Made by a program: the position numbers and the translations under genes
In this document: in pieces, positions 48,724-60,000 of the stretch
Layout of the letters: each line of letters opens with the position of its first letter
Numbering within the stretch: the stretch's first letter is position 1
DNA from: Callorhinchus milii
Taxonomy: Eukaryota
Reading direction: 5' to 3'
DNA length: 60,000 nt
Assembly (NCBI RefSeq): GCF_018977255.1
Contig: NW_024704743.1
Location: forward strand, 69,566,001 to 69,626,000
Notes under the pieces: model-generated
The model's input: the letters and a program-made list of their open reading frames with translations, nothing else
What the model was told of the DNA's origin: nothing
The model's database searches: none

Positions 48724-50792
48724 CTGCAAAACACAAATCGCATAAACACTATCATATACAGATATTTCTTTATGAACAGATGGACTCTATTGATTTCATC
48801 CAGTCCTATACATTCCTATGACTCTTACATGTCCCTCAGTTCAAGCAACCACAAATGAATAAGAAGCATTTTAAAGGTTCTCTGTCATCACCCAACCCTC
48901 TCCTCACACCACTTTTCTGATCTTTTTCGCTTTCCTTTGGCTCATTTGGTGCTCCATTTCAATAGCTTTTCAGTTTTAAAACACTGAACATATCAGCTCC
49001 TAAGCAATATTTTTCACTGGCAACAAATGTGATGGCAGACAGACCAAGCCAACTGCATTTTAACCACAGACTCTTTTTGAAGAGAATTGGAAAAGAGCAG
49101 CTGACACTGTAAAATTTGTAAGAACTCTGTAACACAACCCCATTTGTGTTCTCATGCCTGTTGTTGGGGAAATGTCAACGTCCTGTGCCTGTGTCAGCTA
49201 TTCATGCAACTTTTGCAAAGATTTGTGTTAAACCACTGACTTAAGACATCAGTAAATTAATATTCAGTTGAGCAATTTACAAACATTAATCTTAAAATAA
49301 TCTGTTAGATCATTAACCTATTCAAAATGAATCAACACAGTGCTGGTACATCATCATTTTGCCTACAAAATACAGACACTATACTTCATAGTAAATCCTG
49401 TAATGAGTTTTGAGAAATGTTCTCAACCACATCAAATGCAAGGATTATTATTATTATTATCATTTGATCAATATCTTCTAAATCATGCTCATAATAAGTA
49501 TAACCATTAGCCTCATTGCAGTAAATTGGAGGATTCCAGATGGAATTTATTAAATAAATAATCCTTGCATTTATTAAAATGCCTTTCATGTCAAGAGAAT
49601 GTCTCAAAGTGCTGCATAGTATACACAGTATTGTAAAGTGTGGAGACTATCCGGGGGCATGTGGCAGCTAAATTGTTCCCTGCACCGTCCCATAAACAGC
49701 CATGAAGTAAATGACTAATTTAATTTGGGGGATTATTGGCCAGGACGGGGAGAAACGCCCTTCTCTTTTCAAATATGGGAAGAAACTATGTTTAATTTTC
49801 TCCCTCACCATCCAGAGGTATTGAGGCCATTCATCGAGCTCCATACAATTCCCTCAGCTAAAATCAGCTGGCTCAGAGCAGAGTGGGAAACTTGCAACCT
49901 TCTGGTCTGCATGACCCAGTGGTCACTGGTACATGCTTTTACCCAGCAGTCCATCAGGGAGACAGGCTTCCCTTCCAGATTTTAACTGACAACATTGCTT
50001 ATCTGTAATATTTAACACGTGTTACCATGGTATTAAAGATCAATTAAATACCAACATCTATTTTTACATTCACACAAGCAGTAAGCCTTTTGTACTCAGG
50101 ATAAGAAGAATTTGTCTTTCATTGCACAATATTAGAGCTTTACTAATGAAAATTGAGAGGGGATCTGATACAGATGTTTAAAATCATGCAACGATTCAAT
50201 GAGGAGGGTGTGAATAGGCTTTTCCACTTGTTCCTCAGTCCATAACAAGGGAATATAAATATAGATCTAAAAGGGAGCTTAGGAGAAACGTCTTCATGGA
50301 GAGGGTAATGAGAATGTGGAACTTACTGCTGGAAGCTCTGATTGAAGCGTAAAGCATCAACTAATTAAAGAGGAAACTTCATACTTTGCATACACAAGGA
50401 GAGATGAATAGAGGGGTATGGAAGAGGGGAATAAAAGGCTCATGTGGCACTGTGTTAGCCCGAATGGCCCGTTTCCTTGCTGTAACTTTCAAATGTCATT
50501 GCATATCAGGTCAAACAGCACTGCAGAGCAATTACTGTCACTAATAGTGACTATTTTTGGAGTGATATATTCCTTCCATTTGTGCTAGGAAGGTCCCACA
50601 ACAGCCATGGGATGAGCAACCAATTAATTTGAAGGATTGATGAGAAAATCACGTTCCTATTAATGCCGTTGGATCTTCAATGTCCACATGAACAGATAGC
50701 CAGGACCTTGGTTTAACTGCTCTTCCAAAGACAGCATCTCCAGTGACACAGCACTCCCCCAGAACTATACTGGAGTGTCAGTGGAGTGGAGT

Positions 50793-51072
50793 GGAGCCCT
50801 ATAGCTCAGTGGTTAGAGCACTCGGTTCAATTCCAGGCAGGGCGAAACCTTGGGCAAGTTTCCTTACTCCACACGCCTAATAATAATCCCTCCAAAGCAA
50901 AAAACAATAAGAAATTGGTCATTTTCAATCTACGACTGTTTGTGGGACATTGCTGTGCGCAATTGGCTGCCGCGTTCGCCCACAAATATACAGTCAATTC
51001 ACTTTACAGTGTGTTCTGTGAAGCACTTTGGGACGTCCTCCCGACATGAAAAGCGCTATATCAAATGCAAGG

Positions 51073-51110
<38 letters not shown>
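50793..51110 (+). mobile_element. Young tRNA-headed SINE lacking the anticodon arm, nested in a minus-strand Deu SINE (~50530-51215)
   Basis: GAGTGTC repeated at 50773-50779 and 51111-51117 (target-site duplication); long perfect (ATT)n tail. Confidence 0.9.
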
Positions 51111-51584
51111 GAGTGTCTGCGTCGATTGTGAGCAGCAAGTTCTGATATAGGGAATGAATCCACACCTTCTTCTCCAGGGGCAAGAGTTCTATCAATCATG
51201 TGAGCCAAGACGACACATTAATTATATGTTAATTATAAGGAATATGAAGGGAAACATGGTTAATTGGAAGAATGGCAAGACAGCTATCTCCTCAGGGATT
51301 CACATGACGTCATAAATTAAGCACTGACCCATCATCTAAGATAATGATTTGAAATCACTCTCAAGCATTAATAATTCTTTTTAAATATATGCTCTGGAGA
51401 GAAAAAGTTATTTTTTTTATAGTGCCTATAATGTCAGAAATTTTGCTTCACAATAATTGTTAGCATGCACAGTAACTGTTTTTGTAAAAAAAAGAGATAG
51501 CCAGTTTAGGCACAGTGGAGTGATCGAGCATTCTGGAGGATTGTTGACCAGGGGACTAAGAGAAATTCTTTCACTACACTGCAG

Positions 51585-52380
51585 AACCTTGGCATCTTGT
51601 GCGACCCTCAATTGTCCTTTAAACCCCACATCCTTGCCATGACCCGCTCTGCCTTTCCCCACCTCCCCAACATTGCCTGGCTCCCTTTAGGTGGCCGAGA
51701 CCCTCATCCACGCTTTCATTACGTCGAGGGTTGGCTGTGCTGACTCCCTGATCACCAGACTTCCAAAATCTTCCCTCCACAAGCTGCAGATTATTCAGAA
51801 CTCTGCAGCTTGTGTCCTCTCCTGCACCAGGCTCCATGAGTCTATCACCCCCATCCCCACCTTTCTCTACCTGCTCTCCACCCCCAGAGCAGGGATGGGT
51901 AACCCACATGGGCCCTCCCATTACACATGAGTAGAAGTCATACAGACCGCAGATTAGCCATTCCTGCCCCAGAGGATCGAATTTAAAATCCTCATCCTCA
52001 CTTTTAAAGCCCTTCACGGTCTTGCCCTCCCTACCTCTGCGACCTGCTAAAACCTTACCTATCTGTCCGCTCCCTCCGTTCAGTAGGCACTAGTCTGCTC
52101 CATGTTCCCAGCCTTGCACACCCCACCGTCGGTGATCTTCAGCCTTTCTGCCCCGCCCTCTGCAACTCCATCCCACAGTCTCTTCAACTTGCTCCCTCCC
52201 TTGCCTCCTTCAAGGCCCGTCTCAAGAACTTCCTCTTTGACCGTGTCTTCGGTCAACTTCCCACCTCTTGTACTCCATCCCTCTTAATACCAAACCCCAG
52301 CTCAGGTGCTTCACTATCCAGCGCTGAGGAACATCCTCCTGATGTGAAAGGTGCTATATAAATTAAATTTTTTATTGTTT
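51585..52380 (+). mobile_element. L2 3' fragment
   Basis: AETLIHAFITSR...LHKLQIIQNSAACVL; tail catcctcctgatgtgaaaggtgctatataaat. Confidence 0.88.
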
Positions 52381-53077
52381 TTGAATAAAGCCATAGGATT
52401 TGAAGAGAAAGATGTTTCAACATCTCATCTGAGGAACCTCTAACAGTGTAGCATTCCTCCAGTATTGCACTTGGAGGAGATCAGTGTAGCTAATGAGCTC
52501 AACTCCTAATCCAGTAATCGATCGAACAACCTTCTGATCCAGAGACATGAAAACTGCTGATTGAGCAAAACTGATACAGGAAGTTTATTGGGATTTATTT
52601 ATTATTATTAATTATTATTATTATTTTAGTTCCGGTCTATTTTCCTTGGAAGTAGGTTTAATTTAACCCACAAAATATACAATCAATTCATTTTAGTATA
52701 TTCTGTGAGGGACTTTGAGACATCTCGTAGACGTGATAAGGTGCTATATCAAATGCAAGGATAATTATTATAACGGCCATTGCGTTCCATGTTATTAATG
52801 GGTCATAATATCTGCACATGTCATAATCACTTTAAGGTTATTGAGTGACATTCACCTCAATTACAACAATAGGATCTATCATACTCAGCATGTTCCCACA
52901 GATTTTAATTATTCACTTCCCAATATGCAAATCTCCTTAGCCAATGTTGTAAAATGACTGATTATCGCTAACTTTATCCACTTTGCAAGTGGATCATTTT
53001 CTCTGTTTGTCCATACATTTACTAACCTTGACAATGTGAAGTAATAATGCGTTTTTTGTACTGAATGATTAAGCACC

Positions 53078-54260
53078 CAACAACAACAACTTGCACTTAT
53101 ATAGCACCCTCCACGCATCTCAGAGCGCTTAACAGTGGCGGAGCCTGACTCCAAGCCGGGGGGAGTGGGAAGTGGCTGTAAGCACTGTCGAACAGGAAAG
53201 TCTTCAGGCGGGACTTGAAAGGGGGGAGAGAGGGGACAAGGCGGAGAGATTGAGGGAGAGTGTTCCAGAGTTTTGGGGCCTCTTTCAAGACCCATCTCAA
53301 GACCCTCCTCTTCGATTGTGCTTTCGATCACCCTGCTTCCCCTCCCTGCCCTCCATCCTCCCCGATCCCGATCCCCAGCTTGGGTCCGAAACTCTGTCTG
53401 TCCAGCACCTTGGGACGTCCTCCCATCGTGAAAGGCGCTATACAAATGTAATTTTATTGTTGTTGTTGTAGTGGCTGAAAGCACGACGTCTGATGGTGGG
53501 GCAGAGGGTGCGAGGGATGACCAGGTGCCAGTCGAGCAGCGGCACCAGGTGGTGGATTCGGGAGTGAGGAGTTCAGAGAGGTAGGGAGGTGCCAGGGAGT
53601 GAATGGATTTGAACACGAGAGTGAAGATCTTGAAGTCGATCCGTTCGGCGATGGGGAGCCAGAGGAGCCTGGGCCAGAACTGGTAGATGTGGGTATGGAG
53701 TTTGGTCTGGGTCAGTATGCGGGCAGCAGAGTTCTGACTGAGCTGGAGCTTGTGAATGCTGGAGCTGGGGAGACCAGCGAGGAGTGCGTTGGAGTAATCC
53801 AAGCGGGAGGTGACAAATGCATGCACAAGGGTTTCGGCTGCATTTGGGGTAAGGTACAGTTTGACGCGAGCAATGTGATGGAGGTGGAAGAAGGCGGTCC
53901 TGGTCAGGGACCCCATATGCGGGAAGAAGGACAGTTGGGGGACAAACCGGACACTTAGGTTGCGCACTGGTTTGGTGAGTCTGAGGGAGAGCCCAAGGAG
54001 GTTGAGGAGTTTAGATCCGCAGGAGTGAAGACGTTGACGGGAGCCAAGGCGTATGGCTCCCGTCTTGTCCACATTCAGCTGCAGGAAGTTTACACTTATC
54101 CAGGCCTTGATGTCTGCCAGACAAGCTGATAGAACATCAGCGGACCTGGAGTTGGTACTGGAGGAGGCAAAGTAGATTTGTGTGTCATCCGCAAACATGT
54201 GGAAGTTTACCCGGTGTCTGCGGATGACATCACCCAGAGGGAGCATATAGATAAGGAAGT
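53078..54260 (-). mobile_element. L2 fragment with an antiparallel L2 3' end nested at ~53279-53469
   Basis: RHRVNFHMFADDTQIY...[17 protein letters not shown]; host sequence ttccagagttttgggg|...|tagtggctgaaagcacg rejoins across the insert. Confidence 0.9.
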
Positions 54261-55334
54261 CCTACTGTACGCTCACACCGCCAAGGTTGGTAAATTCACG
54301 AAGTATCACTAAACTAAATGTCTTCAAATGTTTTGAAATGTCTCCTCTTACTCCACTCCTGCACCCGTCCCTTCCACTCAGCTAACAGGCTTGCTGCATG
54401 TCCTCCGCTATATCCATGCCATTATTAGTGGCCAAGCCTTCAGTTCTATGTCCTAACCCTGGAATTACCTCCCTCTACCATTTTTTCTTGCCCTCTCTTT
54501 CTGTCTTGAAGTCTTGCCTCAAATCCTACCTGTTTGAACATGCCTATGGCCAGCTCCCTCTCCCTTGCTCAGTGTCCCCATCCCCATGAGGTGTTCCCAG
54601 ACGTTACCCCATGTGAACTTGCGCTATAGAAATGCAAGCTGTTGTTTATTTAGTTCTCTTGACATTATGACTCAGATAGCCAATTATTATCTTCACTGCA
54701 GTGAAAGATGCTACTAATACAATGCTGGGGTATAACATCTTTCCTGTTATCTTTTCTTGTATACTTTTGCGTGAGATAACAGATAACACAGGAACTGTGA
54801 ATACCAGAGTGTAGCATATCTTCCTGAGTTACAGCAGATGTTGCTGCATTGGAGGAAAGCTGAAGAGGTAAAAGGAAATGGCATATCTTTCAACGAGCCA
54901 AAGCAATCTACAGTACTTCTGCTGTTTCAGCTTTGTTCCTTAAACCTGAACTTTGACTAAAGAACAGAGACTGAGTACAGTATCCTAAACCTATGCAGGA
55001 GAGTCATTAACATCTATCATATGCTGATGTGTTTTTGTTGTACCTTTAGGACGGGATTCCCATTATCAAGACAAAAGAATAAAATTGGTTGCACATTTCA
55101 TTAGTTGGTTGTGGAACAATGCTGCGCACAAATTAGCTGCTGCGATTCCTTACAAAATACACAGGCACTACACTTTGCAGGTAAATCCTGTGCTTTGAGA
55201 TGTCTTGACATTGTGATAAGGCACTACGTCAACTGAGCTAGTATTCCATGAAGTAGTAAGAAACAGAGCATTTTAACAGCAGGCTGCCTCAATTTAGTAA
55301 ACTGCTTGAGTCCCGCTCAAAATGCCATCCATAC

Positions 55335-55438
55335 CTGTCTCTCTTTACAATGGGAGTAGGAAGCACGCAGGTTAACCGCCAGCCGTAGATAGCTAAAGAG
55401 TTCAGCAAAGGAACATAATCTGTTTTCACCTCCACTCC
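55335..55438 (-). CDS. RFTN1: RFTN1 (raftlin) internal coding exon
   Basis: Minus strand tttttctctgcag|GGA GTG GAG...GAC AG|gtatgg; 104 nt; GVEVKTDYVPLLNSLAIYGWRLTCVLPTPIVKRD(S), matching the raftlin-1 motif TDYVPLLNSLA.YGW.LTCVLPTP. Confidence 0.92.
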
Positions 55439-56609
55439 CTGCAGAGAAAAAAAAAGAGGCTGTGAATTTTAGCCGGATTAATTTCTGTTATTAATGACAA
55501 TGCTAGTTTTGTACTTAGATAACTATTGGCATTAGTTTACATTTCTTAGTTATCTGAGAATCATTCTCGCAACAGTTTATAGTGCTTACCGGCTGTTATT
55601 AAGTTAACTTTGGTAAGAGCTGAGTGGCACTGTGCCATGCAGCTGTGGAACGCAAATACAATCCCACATTTTACTGAGTTGCTGATCTGTAACATATGTT
55701 CCGACGAAGAGTTTTACTCAGAACCTTAATCTATCTATCTCTATCAGATGCTGAATTTGTTGCTGCTTATTTTGTACCTTTATCAAAATATAATACTAGT
55801 TCAGGATACTTTCGAATTACGTTAGCCATAAATATTACATTATACTACAAAGTTGAACATGGAACAAGGGGAAAAGGAGACTGTGTTATTTCAAACAATG
55901 GGATCTGGTGATACTGTTCAGATCAGTCTGGCTGCACAGTACTTTATACATAGTTTACTTTGATCACAGTGGGAAGGAATGTTTTACAGGTCACATTATG
56001 CATTTGTCTTATCTTAGTTTTGACAATTCATACAAAGCTTATCCAAAAGAGTGAAGTTTATTGCCATTGAAAGAACTGAGGTAGATTCTCCACTTATCAT
56101 TAACAATCTGTTCTCCAGCCTGTTCGACCTGTCTTGGAGAAGTTTCATTAGGGTAAGATTTTAAATCACATGTAATTTTGGGAACAAATACGCAGGATTA
56201 CACCAATGTAAAAAATATAGTTGAATCCTTCTTATATAATCCAGATGTAGAGTCTTGAATCGCCTGGGGCTCATGCAAAAACAACGTAGTGAGAGTTGAG
56301 ACAAATGAAACGGGATGTTTGGTTGAAGTGTCCATAGAGTGTTGTGCATTTTACCACAGGAAAGCAGAGAATATTATAACCTACATACACTAGCACAGTT
56401 CCTGAGATTTATACCCCTGTGAGTGTGTTTATGGCTGTGCATGTGCCAATAATATCAAGTATCAACTTCATTTTACTACTTGAGAAGTGTCACTGCAAAA
56501 GAGCATATTAGTTTACACTGAATGAGTAATTTCAAAATGTTCTTTGAGAATTTGCATAGGTGTGATATCAAGCACTGGAATGTAATGTGCTATATGAGTG
56601 CTCGAAATG

Positions 56610-56850
56610 TGCTTGAACAGTGAAGGGAGTTTCTCCCGGTGTCCTGGCCAACAATCACCCAAATAAAATTGGTCATTCACTTCATGGCTGTTTGTAGGAC
56701 ATTGCTTTGCACAAATTGGCTTTTGCCAAACATTTGCCCACAAATCACATAGTTACTCCACTTTACAGTACATCCTGTGAAGTGTTTTGATACACCCTAC
56801 TTATGTGAAAGGCACTATTCCAAATGTAAGGATGATGCTAATAATGATGA
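56610..56850 (+). mobile_element. Deu-domain SINE 3' part
   Basis: gaagggagtttctcccggtgtcctggccaacaat...gtgaaaggcactattccaaatgtaagga. Confidence 0.78.
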
Positions 56851-57339
56851 TTATGAGGATGATTAATATTATCACCATAGTGATAATTTAAGGAGTTAGA
56901 TAAGCTGCTCAAAAAATATTTTTTTCTCGGTCTGATCAGTACTTTTTTGCCACACTGAACGTGTAAGAGACCATTGCTTGATTTGATTACTATTGTATTG
57001 GATTTGATTAATATTGTATTGTCTCAGCCCTATTAGACACAGAATTTGTCATTCGTCAAATCAGTAAACTTTTAAATAACAAAATAAAAATCTTCGGATT
57101 GTTTACTAGTCTGAAAAATAGATCAAAAACAATCATTTTATCAGTCAATCTTTAAGTGTCCAACAGGATGTGACAGTTACAGAGATATCTGCTCTGTGGC
57201 CTCAAACCATCAGTAATACAACCATCAGTATTATCACTATTATCAAATTATCAGTAATACAACCACATTAAATGGTTGAAATATTAAAATGTTGAAATAA
57301 AATGAGTCTCAATCCATGACAAGCACACCATCTCTTCAC

Positions 57340-57965
57340 GATTGTCACCCCTTCCCCCTACAGCCTCCACCAATCCCTCCCTCCAAACTTTCAACCCTGT
57401 CTCTCCCTCTTCTCTCTCCTCCATCATCTCCCGAATGAAGCCCACCACATGCTCCCTTGCCCCCATCCCCACACCTCTCCTGACCTCCCAGCTTCACCTC
57501 CTTGCCCCCCTGCTAACAGACATCATTAGCCTCTCTTTGTCCACTGATACAGTTCCCATCCGCTTCAAAACAGCTGTCATTATCCCCTCTTCAAGATACC
57601 TTCCAACCCATCTCTGTTCCCTAACTATCATGCCATCTCCAACACCCTTTCTTCTCCAAGGTATTGGAATAATTTATTACTTCCCAGTATCACTCTTTCC
57701 TCTCCCTGCATTCTATACATCAATCCAGCTTCCATATTGCCCACAGTACCAAGACTGAGTGGAGGGAGCAGGCAGTTTGGGTTTTCCGTTGCCGGTTGAG
57801 TCTTCAGCAGTCAGTTTTCCATCACCTTGGCTTTCATACTTCCCGAATCCAACCCCCAGTTCGGGTGGAAACCTCAACTGTCCAGCACCTTTGGATGTCC
57901 TCCTGACAACCAAAGGCGCTGGACGTTATATATAGACATTATATAAATGCAATTTGTTGTTGTAG
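57340..57965 (+). mobile_element. L2 ORF2 fragment (pre-RT region) plus L2 tail
   Basis: MKPTTCSLAPIPTPLL...IISLSLSTDTVPIRFKTAVIIP; tail tccagcacctttggatgtcctcctgac...aaatgcaatttgttgttg. Confidence 0.75.
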
Positions 57966-60000
57966 ATCTAGAATGATGCTTTCTTTTTATCGATTAAACC
58001 CTAAGCTTGTACTTAAGATATCTAAAATAGAGCATCCCCTTTTACCAAATAACTTTTTCCCTACAAAAGTTAGTTCTTTCATTGTTGGTTTAAATCTTAT
58101 TTTCTGGCGCTCCATAACAGACAAACCTAAAAATTACTATCCCTTAAAAATATAAGGTTAGATGTGATACCAATAAAAACCCACTTAATGACTATTATAC
58201 AGACATAGAAACATTCAGAATACGATTCAGCTGCAGTTTTTGCAGTCAGATTTCTGTAGCACAGCTCTCCACTTTGCACAATAACCCTCCGGTTTCTGTT
58301 TGTGATTATTCTCCTTTTGATTCTGTATCGCTGCAGTTGTAGCATCCCTCTATGTGGTTCTAATCCCTCTGCCTGACACTGCACTTAACAAGTACCATAT
58401 ACCGCACAGAGTAACAAACATTCATTCTTTCAACTATTGAACCCTGTGACAGATAAATCACCTACTCACAGGAAGCACTTCCTTAATGTTCTCCAGACAA
58501 GAGAGTTTGCAGGTGATCTGTTTCCAAGCCTCTGACACTTGCTCACTTTCTCTATGGAACCTCAGAGATCTAATGGACGGCTCTCCCAATGGCTGATATT
58601 GTGGACAAGAATGTAAACTTCAGTAGTTTACAATGGTAAGACTTCCTCCCCGAAGCCCAAAATTCCACCTGGTCTTAGCAGGAAGAACACCTACCAATTT
58701 AAAACTGAATTGAAATATTTGCCAGACTTCTGTGTCATCATAAGATTTAAGGCAAAATGATCTGCAAACTAAGACAAGTTGTAATTCAGGGTCTCTGAAC
58801 TATTGAAACGTATTTGGTCAATTGTGAAGATCTAACACTCAATCTGTTTGCTTGAATTCTTCCTTTCCACACTGTAATCAGAGACACGCGTTCATAGTTA
58901 TAGGATCATGATTATTTTGTTGTCTGAAGCAATATAAAGCACTGGACTGGAACAAGAGCTGATCTAATGATGCATTGTTAGACTTTTGATAGAGTTGTTT
59001 TCTCCCCGGTTCTCATTTCCTGTGGGCGTCTGACACATTCTCCTTCCACTGGAGTCCAGCTCGCAGAGTGGCAATAACTCTCCAAAATGACCTTTATTCC
59101 TGAGTGAGCCTTAGAGTGAGCATGCTATTTGACCACAGTAGCCATGTACACCCAAGCCCATTTTGTCCACAACCACTGTCCACACATGAATATCAAGATA
59201 GCAATCAGAAGAGAATTTCCTGACTCTCTCTCCCTAATTGGGGGTACTAAGGTAAATTATAACCTATCTGCTATCTCATCTGTTAGATCAGATCTTCTGG
59301 TCCATATGATTTAGTGATCAGGCAGTGCCTTTACCAAATAAAGAATCACAGGAGCCTGGATATTGTTAGATTGATATTTTTCTGTCAACACATATCAAGG
59401 AGATGTGGTACTGTACACCACAGTACAGTATCAACCTTGCAATAGTACATTTTCCAACGTTTATCACTAGCTCAGATATGCTTTACAATAATAAAGATAA
59501 TAATAATCTTTGCATTTGATATAGCACCTTTCATGCCAGGAAGATGTCTCCAAGTGCTTCACAGGCTAACGTTAAACGGAGTGACTGTGTACTTTGTGGG
59601 CGAAGGGAAGTACAATGTTCAAATGGAACGGAAACATTTATCTGTCATTAAAAATAAGTCTGACTCGAGAGATGAACCAACATCACTCAGTACTAATGAA
59701 ATTGGATGAACATTAAGGGAGCACCAGTCCTGGGATTGAGTACTCCTCGGTACTTGAAATATGACACAGGAATGTGGACCAGATGGAGGGGTGTGAATAG
59801 GGCATGAAACAGCTCCTTATCTTTTATATGTTAAAAATAATGTACATCCCTAATTTTCTCTGGGAAGTTGAGAGGGATTGGACCACAAGAAGATTTTTTA
59901 TTTGTGAAGGTTTTCAGAATATTCACTTCTTCTCCAACTTATAATTATATAATAATAATCCTTGCATTTGATATAGCACCTCATCATATCATTCATGTCT

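Noticed and set aside
52909..54246. 445-aa ORF, the longest in the window
   Set aside because: It is a chimera of L2 ORF2, an antisense L2 insert and flanking DNA that happens to stay open; not a host gene or an intact LINE ORF.
56161..56349. Minus ORF with MSPRRF...FLH, faintly piggyBac-like
   Set aside because: Spacing does not fit, and there are no catalytic motifs or TTAA-flanked TIRs; likely chance.
55439..60000. Search for the next upstream RFTN1 exon (DAIVVEQWTV motif)
   Set aside because: Not found on the minus strand; the intron apparently extends beyond the window.

Overview
This is AT-rich, repeat-dense vertebrate genomic DNA, most likely from a cartilaginous fish. The SINE/L2/CR1 repertoire resembles a chimaera such as Callorhinchus, but that assignment is inference. 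The window holds the 3' halves of two convergent genes. OXNAD1 (+) has five coding exons at 1222-18298, with its 5' exons upstream of the window. RFTN1/raftlin (-) has its last three coding exons at 55438-43738. All splice phases are consistent, and the tail-to-tail arrangement matches the mammalian locus. The rest is mainly retroposon debris: CR1, L2, RTE, Deu-domain SINEs, a younger tRNA-Ala-headed SINE with an L2 tail, and one MITE-like hairpin. Two items stand out. One is a decayed GPR139/GPR142-like GPCR exon, with its own splice acceptor, in sense orientation inside an OXNAD1 intron. The other is an unclassified ~1-kb non-coding repeat family with six fragments and a conserved hairpin+oligo(A) 3' end. 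Also present are a young inverted CR1 pair bracketing the last two OXNAD1 exons and evidence of modular head swapping between SINE families. I found no CRISPR array, rRNA gene or intact tRNA gene. Repeat boundaries are approximate because they were read by eye.
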